Origin: Nitrospiraceae bacterium
Lineage (GTDB): Bacteria; Nitrospirota; Thermodesulfovibrionia; UBA6902
Direction of reading: 5' to 3'
Assembly: GCA_003599025.1 (NCBI GenBank)
Contig: QZIL01000002.1
Coordinates: forward strand, 1,371 to 65,370
DNA: 64,000 bases
How positions within the stretch are numbered: position 1 is the first letter of the stretch; each line of letters starts with the position of its first letter. The translations under genes and the position numbers were made by a program. Below are positions 26,144 to 36,600 of this stretch, in pieces. The notes under the pieces were generated by a model. It saw nothing but the letters and a program-made list of their open reading frames with translations. It did not search any database and had not been told where the DNA came from.

Positions 26144-26533
26144 TTACGTGTTGCCGCCATGAAAAATAAAGTATATCGCACTTGCCCATAACACGATTGC
26201 CAGAATCAGGCTGATCAACACAGCGGCGCTGCCAAGGTCTTTTGCATGCTTGGCAAGGACATGATACTCGGGGGAGGTCATGTCCACAATCGACTCAATG
26301 GAAGAATTTATCAGTTCGACAATGAGGACTATCGTGTGGGCTACGAACAGCAAGCATTTAAAAGCGATAGACAGAGGCAGAAGAAACAGAATAACTGACA
26401 GGACAGCAAAAAAGAATATCTCCTGACGGAATGAGGCCTCGTTCTTAAAAGCAAAGCACAGACCATTAATTGAATATAAAAAAGCGGATATGATGCGGGC
26501 AAAACCCCTCTTTGTGTATGGCTTTCCGTTCAT
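26144..26533 (-). CDS. dgkA: Diacylglycerol kinase (prokaryotic DgkA family)
   Basis: The protein is 129 aa with 3 TM helices. AFKNEASFRQE and ELINSSIESIVD are DgkA motifs. Confidence 0.85.
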   Translation of the reverse strand: MNGKPYTKRGFARIISAFLYSINGLCFAFKNEASFRQEIFFFAVLSVILFLLPLSIAFKCLLFVAHTIVLIVELINSSIESIVDMTSPEYHVLAKHAKDLGSAAVLISLILAIVLWASAIYFIFHGGNT

Positions 26534-26539
26534 GAAAAG

Positions 26540-27205
26540 TCATGCCTCGTGATGGGGGACAGCGTGCCTGATCATCTTTCCTTCTGCGAGATAAATCACC
26601 ATCTCGGCTATGTTGGTCGCATGGTCGGCAATTCGTTCAAGATACTGCGTTACAAAGCTTATCTTCATCGCCCTTGAAACCGTCGTCGGGTCCTGGGCCA
26701 TGAAAAATGCCAGTTCTCTCAATACCTCATGCTTCAGGTCGTCTACTTCATCGTCCCTCATGATCACATCCATCGCAAGCTTTTTGTCTTTTCTTACAAA
26801 GGCATCAAGCGCATCACGCGTCATCCCCTGGGCGAGTTCTCTCATCTTCGGGATATCTATATATGGCTTCAAAATGGGCTCTTCGTTCAGTTCAATCGCC
26901 CGCTCCGCGATGTTGACCGCAAGGTCTCCCATCCTTTCAAGGTCCGTGGTTATCTTCATTGCGGTTGTGATAAACCGCAGGTCAACGGCCATCGGCTGTT
27001 TCAATGCTATGAGCCTTATTGAATCTTCGTCAATCTCCACGTCCAGCATGTTTATTATGCGGTCGGTCTCGATGACCCTGCCAGCCAGCTCATTGTCCCT
27101 TTTCACAAGGGCGTGTATGGAATTCCTGATCGCATCCTCGACCAAAGCGCCCATTTTCAGCAGCTTGTCCTTTAACTTATGCAACTCTTCATCGAAAACA
27201 CTCAT
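26540..27205 (-). CDS. phoU: Phosphate signalling complex protein PhoU
   Basis: It has two PhoU repeats with E(R)xGD motifs (DLERMGDLAVNIAE, YLERIADHATNIAE) and is the last gene of the pst operon. Confidence 0.9.
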   Translation of the reverse strand: MSVFDEELHKLKDKLLKMGALVEDAIRNSIHALVKRDNELAGRVIETDRIINMLDVEIDEDSIRLIALKQPMAVDLRFITTAMKITTDLERMGDLAVNIAERAIELNEEPILKPYIDIPKMRELAQGMTRDALDAFVRKDKKLAMDVIMRDDEVDDLKHEVLRELAFFMAQDPTTVSRAMKISFVTQYLERIADHATNIAEMVIYLAEGKMIRHAVPHHEA

Positions 27206-27969
27206 TATCCAAACCTCCCCGTGACATAGTCTTCGGTCAGTTTTTCCGAAGGTGCGGTGAATATTTTTTGGGTCATGTCGAATTCAATCAACTCACCGAG
27301 CATCATGAACCCGGTCCAGTCGGATATCCGCGCTGCCTGCTGCATATTGTGGGTCACGATAACGATAGTGACGTCCTTCTTCAGGACCGCGGTAAGCTCT
27401 TCTATCTTGGCCGTGGATATAGGATCAAGGGCCGATGTCGGCTCGTCAAAAAGCAGCACCTGCGGGTCAACTGCCAGGGCCCTCGCAATGACGAGTCTCT
27501 GCTGCTGCCCGCCGGAAAGTTCATACGCGCTTGCATTGAGCTTGTCCTTTACCTCGTCCCAGAGCACTGAATGCACAAGCGCCCGCTCAACCTGTTCTGC
27601 AAGGGCGGCCTTCTTGCTGACACCCTTGAGTTTCAACCCATAAGCGATATTGTCAAATATGCTCATGGGAAAAGGCGTCGGTTTCTGGAAGACCATCCCG
27701 ATCCGGCTTCTCAGGGCGATGAGGTCCGAGCTGTTTGAGAGGATATTCTCGCCCTGAAAAAGTATATCCCCTTTATAAATGTTCCCTGGATAAAGGTCAT
27801 GCATCCTGTTAAAACACCTGAGCAGAGTGGTCTTTCCGCAGCCCGACGGGCCGATCAGTGACGTGACCATGTTTTTGTGAATAGGCAGATTTATCTTTTT
27901 GAGGGCATGAACATTCCCCGCATAATGGAAATCAAGGTCTTTGACCTCGATCTCAATATTGTCAGCCAC
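27205..27969 (-). CDS. pstB: Phosphate ABC transporter ATP-binding protein
   Basis: [36 protein letters not shown], and [12 protein letters not shown] are present, and the C-terminus is typical of PstB. Confidence 0.95.
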   Translation of the reverse strand: MADNIEIEVKDLDFHYAGNVHALKKINLPIHKNMVTSLIGPSGCGKTTLLRCFNRMHDLYPGNIYKGDILFQGENILSNSSDLIALRSRIGMVFQKPTPFPMSIFDNIAYGLKLKGVSKKAALAEQVERALVHSVLWDEVKDKLNASAYELSGGQQQRLVIARALAVDPQVLLFDEPTSALDPISTAKIEELTAVLKKDVTIVIVTHNMQQAARISDWTGFMMLGELIEFDMTQKIFTAPSEKLTEDYVTGRFG

Positions 27970-28808
27970 TATTTATACCTCCATTTGATAATGAGTCGTC
28001 CGGCCATTGTAAGGACCAGTATGAATATCGTAATGACAAATGATGCGGCCCAGGCCTGCTCATGCCAGTTATCATAAGGCCCCATCGCGTACTGGAATAT
28101 GGTGACCGTCAGTGAAGCAACGGGCTGGCCCATATTTGTAGAGAAAAAAGAATTATTAAAGGCTGTAAACAGAAGAGGAGCGGTCTCTCCGGCCACTCTT
28201 GCTATCGAAAGCAAAATCCCCGTAAGTATCCCTGTTGCCGCGCCGCGGTACACCACCTGCGTAATGACTTTATAATACGGGGCGCCGAGCGCAAAGGCGG
28301 CCTCTCTCAGGGTCCAGGGGACAAGAGAAAGCATGTCTTCCGTAGTCCTGAGCACTACCGGGACCATAATGACCGAAAGCGCGACAGCGCCTGCCCAACC
28401 GCTGAAATGTCCGAGCGGCCTTACAAGAACGGCATATATAAAAGTGCCTATTACGATAGACGGGACACTGACCATGATATCTGAGAGGATGCTGATGATC
28501 AGCGCTATCTTTCTGCCTCTGGCGTATTCCGCAAGGAACGTGCCTCCAAGCACGCCGAGAGGCACGCCTATCAATGTCGCGAATCCCGTTATCAGCAACT
28601 GTCCGATAAAGGCATGCCTCAGCCCTCCCCCCGCAACCCCCGGAGGCACGGGATCATTAATAAAGAGACCCGGCTTCAACGCCTTTATCCCGTGTATGAG
28701 AACGTCGCCTAAAATGATTACAAGCCAGAAAAGTCCCAGCAAAGCTGCTAATGTGCACAGTACAAGAGCGACAAATCCTCCTATTTTCCTCCGACTCTGC
28801 CTTGTCAT
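27969..28808 (-). CDS. pstA: Phosphate ABC transporter permease PstA
   Basis: It is a six-TM permease with the EAAxALG-type motif [14 protein letters not shown], in operon context. Confidence 0.9.
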   Translation of the reverse strand: MTRQSRRKIGGFVALVLCTLAALLGLFWLVIILGDVLIHGIKALKPGLFINDPVPPGVAGGGLRHAFIGQLLITGFATLIGVPLGVLGGTFLAEYARGRKIALIISILSDIMVSVPSIVIGTFIYAVLVRPLGHFSGWAGAVALSVIMVPVVLRTTEDMLSLVPWTLREAAFALGAPYYKVITQVVYRGAATGILTGILLSIARVAGETAPLLFTAFNNSFFSTNMGQPVASLTVTIFQYAMGPYDNWHEQAWAASFVITIFILVLTMAGRLIIKWRYK

Positions 28809-29746
28809 CGTGAATATTTCCTCTCAGCCCTGAGTAGAAAGAATTTCGCTATTGCAAGTGTGATAAAGCTCATTACGAACAGAATAAGAGCGAGATAATA
28901 AAGTGATGAAAAATACATGTCGGTGTCCGCTTCCGAAAACTCGTTGGCAAGGGTGACTGTAATTGTTGCCGCCGCATCAAAAAGGGATGTTGTTATCCGG
29001 TGGTTGTTTCCCAGGACAAATGCGACCGCCATAGTCTCTCCGAGCGCCCTCCCCAGGGAGAGGACAATGCCGCCGAATACGCCGAGCTTTGAATAGGGGA
29101 TAACGATGTTTTTGACGACCTCCCATTTTGTGGCGCCGAGCGCATACGCGGATTCCTTCACTATAGAGGGGGTGAGATTAAAGGCGTCTCTGGATATGCT
29201 CGCGGTAAAGGGGATGATCATGATGCTCAGGATAACGCTTGCCGTCAGGATGTCTATCCCCATAGGCGTCCCCTGAAAAAGGATGCCTATAAACGGCACA
29301 TCGGCAAATATCGATTTAAGCAATGGTTCTATATGCCTGCTCATTATCGGGGTCAGGGTAAAGAGCCCCCACATGCCGTAGATGATGCTCGGGATAGCAG
29401 CAAGGAGTTCAATGGCTGCGCCGATAGGCCCCTTTAAGAAATTCGGGGATATCTCTGTGACAAATATCGCGATCCCCACGGCAACCGGGATGGCGATCAT
29501 TAATGAAAGGAAGGTCGTCAGAATCGTTCCGTATATATTCGTCAGCGCCCCGAACGATTCCCTGACCGGGTCCCAATCCGTAGATGTAAGAAAATTCCAG
29601 ATGCCGAATTTTTCTATCGCGGGATAAGACTCGTCAACAAGGGTATAAAGTATCCCGGCAATAAGTATGATGACGGAGAAGGCAGAAACCGCGGTAATGG
29701 ACGAAAATATTGTATCAACAGAATTCTTTTTCGGAGTTGTCGGCAC
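28805..29746 (-). CDS. pstC: Phosphate ABC transporter permease PstC
   Basis: It is a permease with KESAYALGATKWEV, in operon context, and overlaps pstA by 4 nt. Confidence 0.9.
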   Translation of the reverse strand: MPTTPKKNSVDTIFSSITAVSAFSVIILIAGILYTLVDESYPAIEKFGIWNFLTSTDWDPVRESFGALTNIYGTILTTFLSLMIAIPVAVGIAIFVTEISPNFLKGPIGAAIELLAAIPSIIYGMWGLFTLTPIMSRHIEPLLKSIFADVPFIGILFQGTPMGIDILTASVILSIMIIPFTASISRDAFNLTPSIVKESAYALGATKWEVVKNIVIPYSKLGVFGGIVLSLGRALGETMAVAFVLGNNHRITTSLFDAAATITVTLANEFSEADTDMYFSSLYYLALILFVMSFITLAIAKFFLLRAERKYSR

Positions 29747-29819
29747 TTATCGTAACCTTTCATCGACAGGGGAAAAAGAGAGGCAGGCGCAAGACCTGCC
29801 CCTCCTTCGAAGTTATTGT

Positions 29820-30830
29820 CTACTGAATGCCGTTGGCCTTCCAGTAAGCCCTGATCTTTTCCTTCAGCGATCCGGGCAGCGGCACATATACAAGCTCTTT
29901 GGCCTTTGCATCGCCGTTTTTAAATGCCCAGTCATAAAATTTCACTACGTTTTTATTCTCATCTGTTTTTTCCTTTGCAAGGAGTATGAAGGTCGCGCCT
30001 GCAACCGGCCAGGCGTTTTTGCCGGGGGCGTTCACAAGCCAGAGATGAAAATGTTTTTTAGGGTCAAAATCACCTGTTGCGGCAGCATCTTCAAAAGCGT
30101 CGAAACTCGGCGCCACAAAATTACCCGCGGGATTCTTGAGAAGAGTATATGCGAGCCTGTTCTGCTCCGCATAGGCAAACTCGACATAGCCGATAGAGTT
30201 TGCTGTCCTTTGTGTATAATTTGCAACCCCTTCATTGCCTTTGCCGCCTATGCCGGCAGGCCATTTCACCGATGTCCCGGCCCCTACCTTATCTTTCCAT
30301 GAAGGGCAGACGCCGCTGAGATACTCAGTAAATATGGCGGTCGTTCCCGAGCCATCCGACCTGTGCACAACCGTAATCTCATTGTGCGCCAGATCTGTTT
30401 TAGGGTTTAAGGACTTGATGCCCTTGTCATCCCAATATTTGATATCTCCGAGATATATCTTGCAGACAGTGTCGGAATCAAGCCTCAGTTCTCCAGCTTT
30501 TACCCCCGGGAGATTCACCACAGGGACAACTCCGCCGATAACGGCAGGGAATTGCAGTAGATTGTCTTTGTTCAACTGCTCCGTTGTCAGAGGCTTATCA
30601 GATGCGCCGAAGTCCACGGTCCTCTCGGTAATCTGCTTGATCCCCCCGCCCGAACCGATGGACTGATAGTTCAACTGGGTCCCGGTCACCTTGTTATAGT
30701 CAAAAGCCCATGCGGAATACACGGGATAGGGAAATGTGGCCCCTGCTCCGTTTATCATCTCAGCCGCATACGCCTGAGCAAATGACATAATCAATAACAC
30801 AATAATTGTTAATTTCAAAATCGTCTTCAT
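29820..30830 (-). CDS. pstS: Phosphate-binding protein PstS
   Basis: A signal peptide is followed by INGAGATFPYPVYSAWA..YQSIGSGGGIKQ...FGASD, the PstS phosphate-binding signature. Confidence 0.9.
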   Translation of the reverse strand: MKTILKLTIIVLLIMSFAQAYAAEMINGAGATFPYPVYSAWAFDYNKVTGTQLNYQSIGSGGGIKQITERTVDFGASDKPLTTEQLNKDNLLQFPAVIGGVVPVVNLPGVKAGELRLDSDTVCKIYLGDIKYWDDKGIKSLNPKTDLAHNEITVVHRSDGSGTTAIFTEYLSGVCPSWKDKVGAGTSVKWPAGIGGKGNEGVANYTQRTANSIGYVEFAYAEQNRLAYTLLKNPAGNFVAPSFDAFEDAAATGDFDPKKHFHLWLVNAPGKNAWPVAGATFILLAKEKTDENKNVVKFYDWAFKNGDAKAKELVYVPLPGSLKEKIRAYWKANGIQ

Positions 30831-31174
30831 GTTGTCTCCTTTTCAGATTTTTAAGCTTTACTTCAAATGTTATGGCAGGCTTACAAAGAGATTAATTTTA
30901 AAACACTATTGCATTCCCCCTTTCTTCTGCAGCGTTAATGCCCTGCTATATGGTCTTCCTGGTCGTCAAAAACATTCTCTATCAGCTGGAAAACAAAAAG
31001 ATTCGGTTTGGCTTTGAGGACCATTATCAACACGATTACGCAGATTGAAAGGGCTATAACGAGTAAAATCATGCTCTACGATAGCATCAGGAATGTTACA
31101 GCAATATGAAACATGTGTTAAATTATGATGAAGAAGAGATTGTGTCGTGATGTACGTACCATGGACCACATTAT

Positions 31175-31429
31175 TTATGCAACCATTTCCGCATTGCACG
31201 GGACTTTATGGATTATCCTGATCATATAAAATCCGCCTGCTTCGTTAATAACGGTTTTGCACCCTAACAGAATTTCGGCAAACCCTTTTATTGCCATGCA
31301 TTTTTCATATTCCTTAGAATCACAAAAAACGAGAACCTCCCCTTTGCTCATGTCCGCGTTGACGGCATCTCTTATCTGCATAAAAGCGTCTTTGTAAGGA
31401 ATCCCTCTCATATCAAGAATCACAGTCAT
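31175..31429 (-). CDS. TusA/SirA-fold small protein lacking the catalytic Cys
   Basis: ILDMRGIPYKDAFMQIRDAVNADMSKGEVLVFCDSKE...IKGFAE aligns with the TusA pattern LDxRGLxCPxPxxxxxxALxxMxxGExLxVxxDD. The CP is replaced here by PY. Confidence 0.45.
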   Translation of the reverse strand: MTVILDMRGIPYKDAFMQIRDAVNADMSKGEVLVFCDSKEYEKCMAIKGFAEILLGCKTVINEAGGFYMIRIIHKVPCNAEMVA

Positions 31430-31591
31430 ACCTCCTCTTAAAAATTATTTTCATTTAAATATCATGAAATGTTCGTACATAGCATTGATTGCTATGAAGA
31501 TAACAGAAGAATGTTAAAACAATATTAAAGTCATATGAAATTCAGATTAAATCATGCGTTTGCATCCGCAATCACCGGACTTCCGTCTTTG

Positions 31592-31876
31592 TTAATACGG
31601 TCTGTTTTCCCTTCCTCGCAAAGTAAGATGATGCAGTTCTTCGCTCGCGGCCAGGTCTTTTATATACGCATAAATATCTATTGCGGATGGATCATACATT
31701 ATGGTTATGCTGCCGGTCAGTGGATTTGCGCTGATATCTTTTATGCCTTCAGATCGATTATCGGCAGATATTTTCTCTGCAAGCACTTTCAGTTCTGCCA
31801 TCGTCATCGATTTCAGCATAGGTATGTGTACTCTGATTCTTCCCGGTATGTGATGTTTGACGGTATAAGAAATCAT
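31592..31876 (-). CDS. HMA-like (HMA_2-type) domain protein, no CxxC (paralogue 1)
   Basis: From ATG 31876 it reads MISYTVKHHIPGRIRVHIPMLK...IKDISANPLTGSITIMYDP. The same xPGRxRV...N.xTGSxxIxY pattern recurs in three other proteins of this locus. The track ORF starts at a GTG at 31897. Confidence 0.6.
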   Translation of the reverse strand: MISYTVKHHIPGRIRVHIPMLKSMTMAELKVLAEKISADNRSEGIKDISANPLTGSITIMYDPSAIDIYAYIKDLAASEELHHLTLRGRENRPY

Positions 31877-32073
31877 TTTCCACCCATAACTATCCACTTT
31901 TTTTTAATTGTGATCGAGCGTCATCAATACGGTATCAAGATTATTGTTACACCGTTATAACACTAGTGTTACATTCCAGTGAAAAGTAGGCATGTAATGA
32001 AAGATCCTATAGACGCGCTGTTTTGACGGTGTTAGACTTCTTGTATCGATATACAAGAATCACTGGAGGCATT

Positions 32074-32364
32074 ATGGGATTACTCAATAATGGTTTAAAA
32101 GGGAATGTGTTGACCGGACTCGCAATCGGTCTCGGCGCTGCGATACTGGCCCCGGCAGTGCTCCCGGCGCTGGCAGGAGCGGCAAAGCCCCTGCTCAAAG
32201 CCGCCATCAAGGGCGGTCTTGTTCTCTATGAGAAGGGAAAAGAGACTTTTGCCGAGCTGAGTGAAGTCACGGAAGATATCATCGCGGAGGCCAAAGCCGA
32301 AATGGCTGAAGTACACAACGAAGCTGAGCCCGCCCCGGCTCCTGAAGGAGAAACGGGGGCATGA
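32074..32364 (+). CDS. DUF5132-like small protein
   Basis: Start at ATG 32074 (GGAGGcatt-ATG). GLAIGLGAAILAPAVLPALAGAAKPLLKAAIKGGLVLYEKGKETFAELSEVTEDIIAEAKAE matches the DUF5132 pattern. Confidence 0.6.
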   Translation: MGLLNNGLKGNVLTGLAIGLGAAILAPAVLPALAGAAKPLLKAAIKGGLVLYEKGKETFAELSEVTEDIIAEAKAEMAEVHNEAEPAPAPEGETGA

Positions 32365-32365
32365 T

Positions 32366-32845
32366 ATGCAGGTTGCTTTTGTAAGTCACCAGACAGGGAC
32401 CCGGCTCAGGATCAAGGTGCCTTCAAAGAGGAAGGACAAAGATTTTCTTTCTTCTCTTGCAGCAGAGATATCCGGGATTGATGGAGTAACAAATGTTGAG
32501 ATCAACAAGCATACCGGCAGCATATTGATCCATCATTCACATGTTCCCGTCAGCATTGTTGAAACGATAAAAGCAAATAAGCTTCTCGCATTTGCAGGTC
32601 AACGATTTGCCCGCACACACCTTCACCGGAGGGTCAACGATGCATTCAAGGAGGCTGACGTCGCCATGCGCGATATTACGGGGAACGAGCTGGATATCGG
32701 CGGGGCCGCGTTTCTCGCGCTTATAGGAGCAGGAATCTATCAGGTATGGAGGGGGAATGTCACTGCAATCCCCTGGTACGCAGCCGGATGGTATGCCCTT
32801 AATATTTTTCTTAAAGCTACTTCCGATAAAGAGCACTCCGTCTGA
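32366..32845 (+). CDS. HMA-like domain protein with C-terminal membrane segment (paralogue 2)
   Basis: The ATG lies 1 nt after the DUF5132 stop (ATGATATG). It reads MQVAFVSHQTGTRLRIKVPSKR...VTNVEINKHTGSILIHHS, followed by C-terminal hydrophobic helices GGAAFLALIGAGIYQVW..AIPWYAAGWYALNIFL. Confidence 0.6.
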   Translation: MQVAFVSHQTGTRLRIKVPSKRKDKDFLSSLAAEISGIDGVTNVEINKHTGSILIHHSHVPVSIVETIKANKLLAFAGQRFARTHLHRRVNDAFKEADVAMRDITGNELDIGGAAFLALIGAGIYQVWRGNVTAIPWYAAGWYALNIFLKATSDKEHSV

Positions 32846-32969
32846 TTTAACAGAAATTTAACCGGGCAGTCACGGGCCTGTAAAGGGGGGTTCGTTATCA
32901 TAATGTATCATTTTTTTTAATTGCATAACCAGTCGATTCATTTCAAAACGTCAAAAAAGGAGGTCTACT

Positions 32970-33650
32970 ATGACGAATGAACAAGCAATAGGCGAAGAGG
33001 ATTTTCAGGAAGGCATCGGCAGGGCCGGTTCCACGGTAAAGGAGGGCGTCATCAGCAGCCTTAAAGGAATCAATGAGATCGAGGCTGAGATCGTAACGCT
33101 TGTACGAAGCACCGTATCCAATGCGATCCGTGCAGCGGGGGAAGTAGCGACAGAGAGCGTCGATATCACGAGAGATGTCATGAAGGGCGCGATTCAGGCA
33201 ACTGAAGAAGTTGGCACAGGTCTCATCCTGAGCACCAAAAGCGTTGCAAAGGGAATAGTCATGGGCGTAAGTGACGTTGGCGGAGATGTAATTACCGTTT
33301 CCAGCCAGACAGTAAAAGGCGCTGTAAAGGGGGCTGCAGATATAGGAGCAGATGTGGCTCTCGTGGCGCGGCGGGCAGTTGACGGCGTAATCGAAGCAGG
33401 CAAGGAAGTCGGCGCCAATGCGGGTGATGTCGCAATATCTGCGGTAAACGGCGCTTTGGAAGCAGCAGGCGCTATCGGCAGCACGGCAGTGCACTCTGTC
33501 AGGGAGATGCTTCTGGGCGTGGTTGGAGGGGTAAAGGATGTTGCAAACGCCGCGCTCCCGAAACCGCGGAGGACTGAAACTGCTGCATCAGCCAGGACTG
33601 CGGCCCCGGTGAAGGTTACTACCAAGACACGGGGCAAACGGGGTAAATAA
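32970..33650 (+). CDS. Ala/Gly/Val-rich repeat protein with basic C-terminal tail
   Basis: It has a strong SD (AAAAAGGAGGTCTACT-ATG). Degenerate repeats of the type V..(K)GA(I/V)..A...G..V run through most of the 226 aa, and the tail is KPRRTETAASARTAAPVKVTTKTRGKRGK. I recognise no family. Confidence 0.55.
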   Translation: MTNEQAIGEEDFQEGIGRAGSTVKEGVISSLKGINEIEAEIVTLVRSTVSNAIRAAGEVATESVDITRDVMKGAIQATEEVGTGLILSTKSVAKGIVMGVSDVGGDVITVSSQTVKGAVKGAADIGADVALVARRAVDGVIEAGKEVGANAGDVAISAVNGALEAAGAIGSTAVHSVREMLLGVVGGVKDVANAALPKPRRTETAASARTAAPVKVTTKTRGKRGK

Positions 33651-33655
33651 TTAGT

Positions 33656-36600
33656 GTGGTCCATACCGTTCACGATTCAGTAAAAGGCCGGGTCAGATTT
33701 AGGGTTGAAGGACTTTACAGAACAGAGACTCTCAGGACAAAAATTGAAGAGGCGCTAGGTCGTCATCCGGACATAACAGGCTTTTCCTCAAATGTCCTGA
33801 CCGGGAGCGTTATTGTCAATTTCAACTCAGGCAATACCTCTGAAATAATAAGCAGGGTCATCGAGGCCGTGGTAAAGGAGTATAACGGCAATAATCATGC
33901 GCCCGGGAGACTTCGCTCACAACAAAATTCCCGCAGCCTGACCGCATCAGTCAATAGATCAACAGGGAGCAATACGGAGCCGGGCGGGAAACTGAACAAG
34001 AGCAGGCGACAGGTCCGCCAGAGCGTCATCCATGCAGAAGACCAGCCTCGTACGCATTGGCACCAGAAAAGCGCCGGTGAAGCCCTTGATTCTGCGGGTG
34101 TGATGCCGGCAGCGGGGCTTTCGGGCAGCGCCGCGTCTGAGCGGCTAAAAAAATTCGGACCAAATCTTCTCCCGGAATCCGTTCCTCGTTCCGGCCTCAG
34201 TATATTTTTTGACCAGTTTAAATCCCTTCCTGTTGCCCTTCTTGGGGTTGCGGCAGCCGTCTCCATAGCTACAGGAGGCATCGCCGATGCTGTCGTAATC
34301 GCGGGAGTGGTCGTCATTAACGGAGTCATCGGCTATACAACCGAGACACAGGCGGAAAAGACCATCCATTCTCTAAAAAGCCTTGTGAGGCCGTCTGCAT
34401 TATGCATAAGAGACGGGGCGCTGAATAATATTTCTGCTGAAAGTATAGTCCCCGGTGATGTTCTTCTCCTGAAACCGGGAAGTTATATAGCAGCGGACGC
34501 ACGGCTGATCGAATCACATCATCTGAGCGTTGATGAATCAGCGCTTACCGGTGAGAGCATGCCGGTCATAAAAAGCGTCCAGACGCTGACTGAATGGGAT
34601 ATACCGCTTGCAGACAGGACGAATATGGTTTATATGGGAACGCTTGTGACCGGGGGACAGGGCCTTGCAGTTGTAACGGCAACCGGTAAATTTACGGAGA
34701 TCGGCAAAATACAGACACTTGTAGGCGACGCGCGTCCTCCTGAAACGCCGATGGAACGGCAGCTTGACAAAATGGGCACACAGCTTGTTTTTATCAGCGG
34801 CGCTGTATGCGGTCTTGTCTTTGTGATCGGACTGCTTAGAGGGTACGGGTTCGTACAGATGCTCAAGACCTCTATTTCACTTGCCGTAGCAGCGGTGCCG
34901 GAGGGACTGCCGACGGTTGCGACTACAACACTGGCGCTCGGCATCAGGAATATGAGAAAACACAACGTCCTTATCCGTCACCTTGACGCGGTAGAAACCC
35001 TCGGCTCTGTACAGACCATCTGTCTTGACAAGACCGGGACCATTACCCTGAACAAAATGACCGTTACCTCCATGTTCATCGGGATGAAGAGGTTAAAGGT
35101 CTCTGACGGAAGATTCCGAAACGGCGACTGTGATATAAATCCGTATGAGTGCGATGAGCTGCTGAGACTTATTCATATCTCATGTCTATGTAATGAAAGC
35201 GACGTCTCCAGTGAAAACGGTGAGTTATTACTCAGGGGCTCGTCTACCGAGAACGCCCTTCTCCAGGTGGCAATAAGCACGGGCGTTCATGTGCCTGAAC
35301 TCCGGCACAAATTCCCTCTCAGGACTATAAGGCACAGGTCTGAAAACAGCAATATTATGGTCACCGTGCACGATATGCATCCTAATTCATCTCACGACAG
35401 GAGGGCGACGATATTCGCAGTAAAAGGCAGTCCGCAGGATGTCCTGTCAATCTGTGCGTGGCACATGCAGGACGGTCGTAAACTCCCCCTCACTACAGAG
35501 AGCAGGGAGGCGATTCAGATCGAAAATGAAAGGATGGCCGGAGAGGCCCTGCGGGTGCTTGGATTTGCCTATGAGTATTCCGATGAATTGAATGAATTGC
35601 CGGAAATGCCGAATATCACCGATAAGGCGCTCGGTTCCATGCCCTTTGTCTGGCTCGGTCTTTCCGGAATGATGGACCCTGTAAGAAACGGCGTAAAGGA
35701 GCTTATAGGCATGTATCATGTAGCAGGAATTGATACGGTCATGATCACCGGAGACCAGGGACCGACCGCTTACTCCATCGGCAAAGAACTGGACCTCAGC
35801 AACGGCAGTCAACTTGAAATACTCGATTCAACACACCTGAACAGCCTTGATCCGGATATCCTGAAGGCGCTGGCTGAAAAGGTACACGTATTCTCGCGCG
35901 TAAGTCCAGCCAATAAGCTCCAGATCGTCCAGTCGCTTCAGTCCTCCGGCAGGGTTGTGGCGATGACAGGGGACGGCATCAATGACGGACCGGCGCTTAA
36001 GGCTGCCGATATAGGCATTGCGATGGGGCACACCGGCACGGACGTGGCGCGTGAAGTCGCCGACGTCGTGATTGAAGACGACAACCTCGAGACTATGATC
36101 ATAGCGATCAGTCAGGGGAGAACTATCTATAACAATATCAGGAAATCAGTCCACTTTCTCCTTTCAACAAACCTGAGTGAGATCATGGTCATGTTCACTT
36201 CCCTGTCTACAGGCATGGGACAGCCGCTCACTGCCATGCAGCTGCTCTGGATCAATCTCATCTCGGACATAGCGCCGGGACTTGCGCTCGCGCTTGAGCC
36301 GCCTGAACCTGATGTGCTCAGCATGCCTCCGAGAAATCCTGCTGAACCGATTATCAGAAAAGATGATTTTAAACGGATAGCCTTTGAATCAGCAATGCTT
36401 TCAGCAGGGGCTATGGGGGCCTACGGCTATGGGATCATGAGATATGGAATGGGGGCGCAGGCAGGTACTATGGCATTTATGAGCCTCACCTTCGGACAGA
36501 TACTCCATGCATTAAGCTGCCGTTCAGAAAACCACAGTATTTATGACAATGCAGGGGCGAACGGCCGTTCGCCCCTACCGCCGAACCGTTATCTTAATGC

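Noticed and set aside
26610-27224. A 204-aa Ser-rich ORF on the plus strand
   Set aside because: It is antisense to phoU, which is unambiguous, and its composition is typical of a shadow frame.
30855-30886. Possible Pho box upstream of pstS (GTAA / ATAA / GTAA with ~11-nt phasing on the minus strand)
   Set aside because: It does not match the enterobacterial CTGTCAT-type consensus, and the PhoB/PhoP motif of this lineage is unknown to me. The match is too degenerate to call.
33194-33673. A 159-aa minus-strand ORF, plus similar antisense ORFs inside the ATPase, tpsA and exbB-like genes
   Set aside because: All overlap long, motif-supported genes on the other strand. None has an RBS or recognisable domain.
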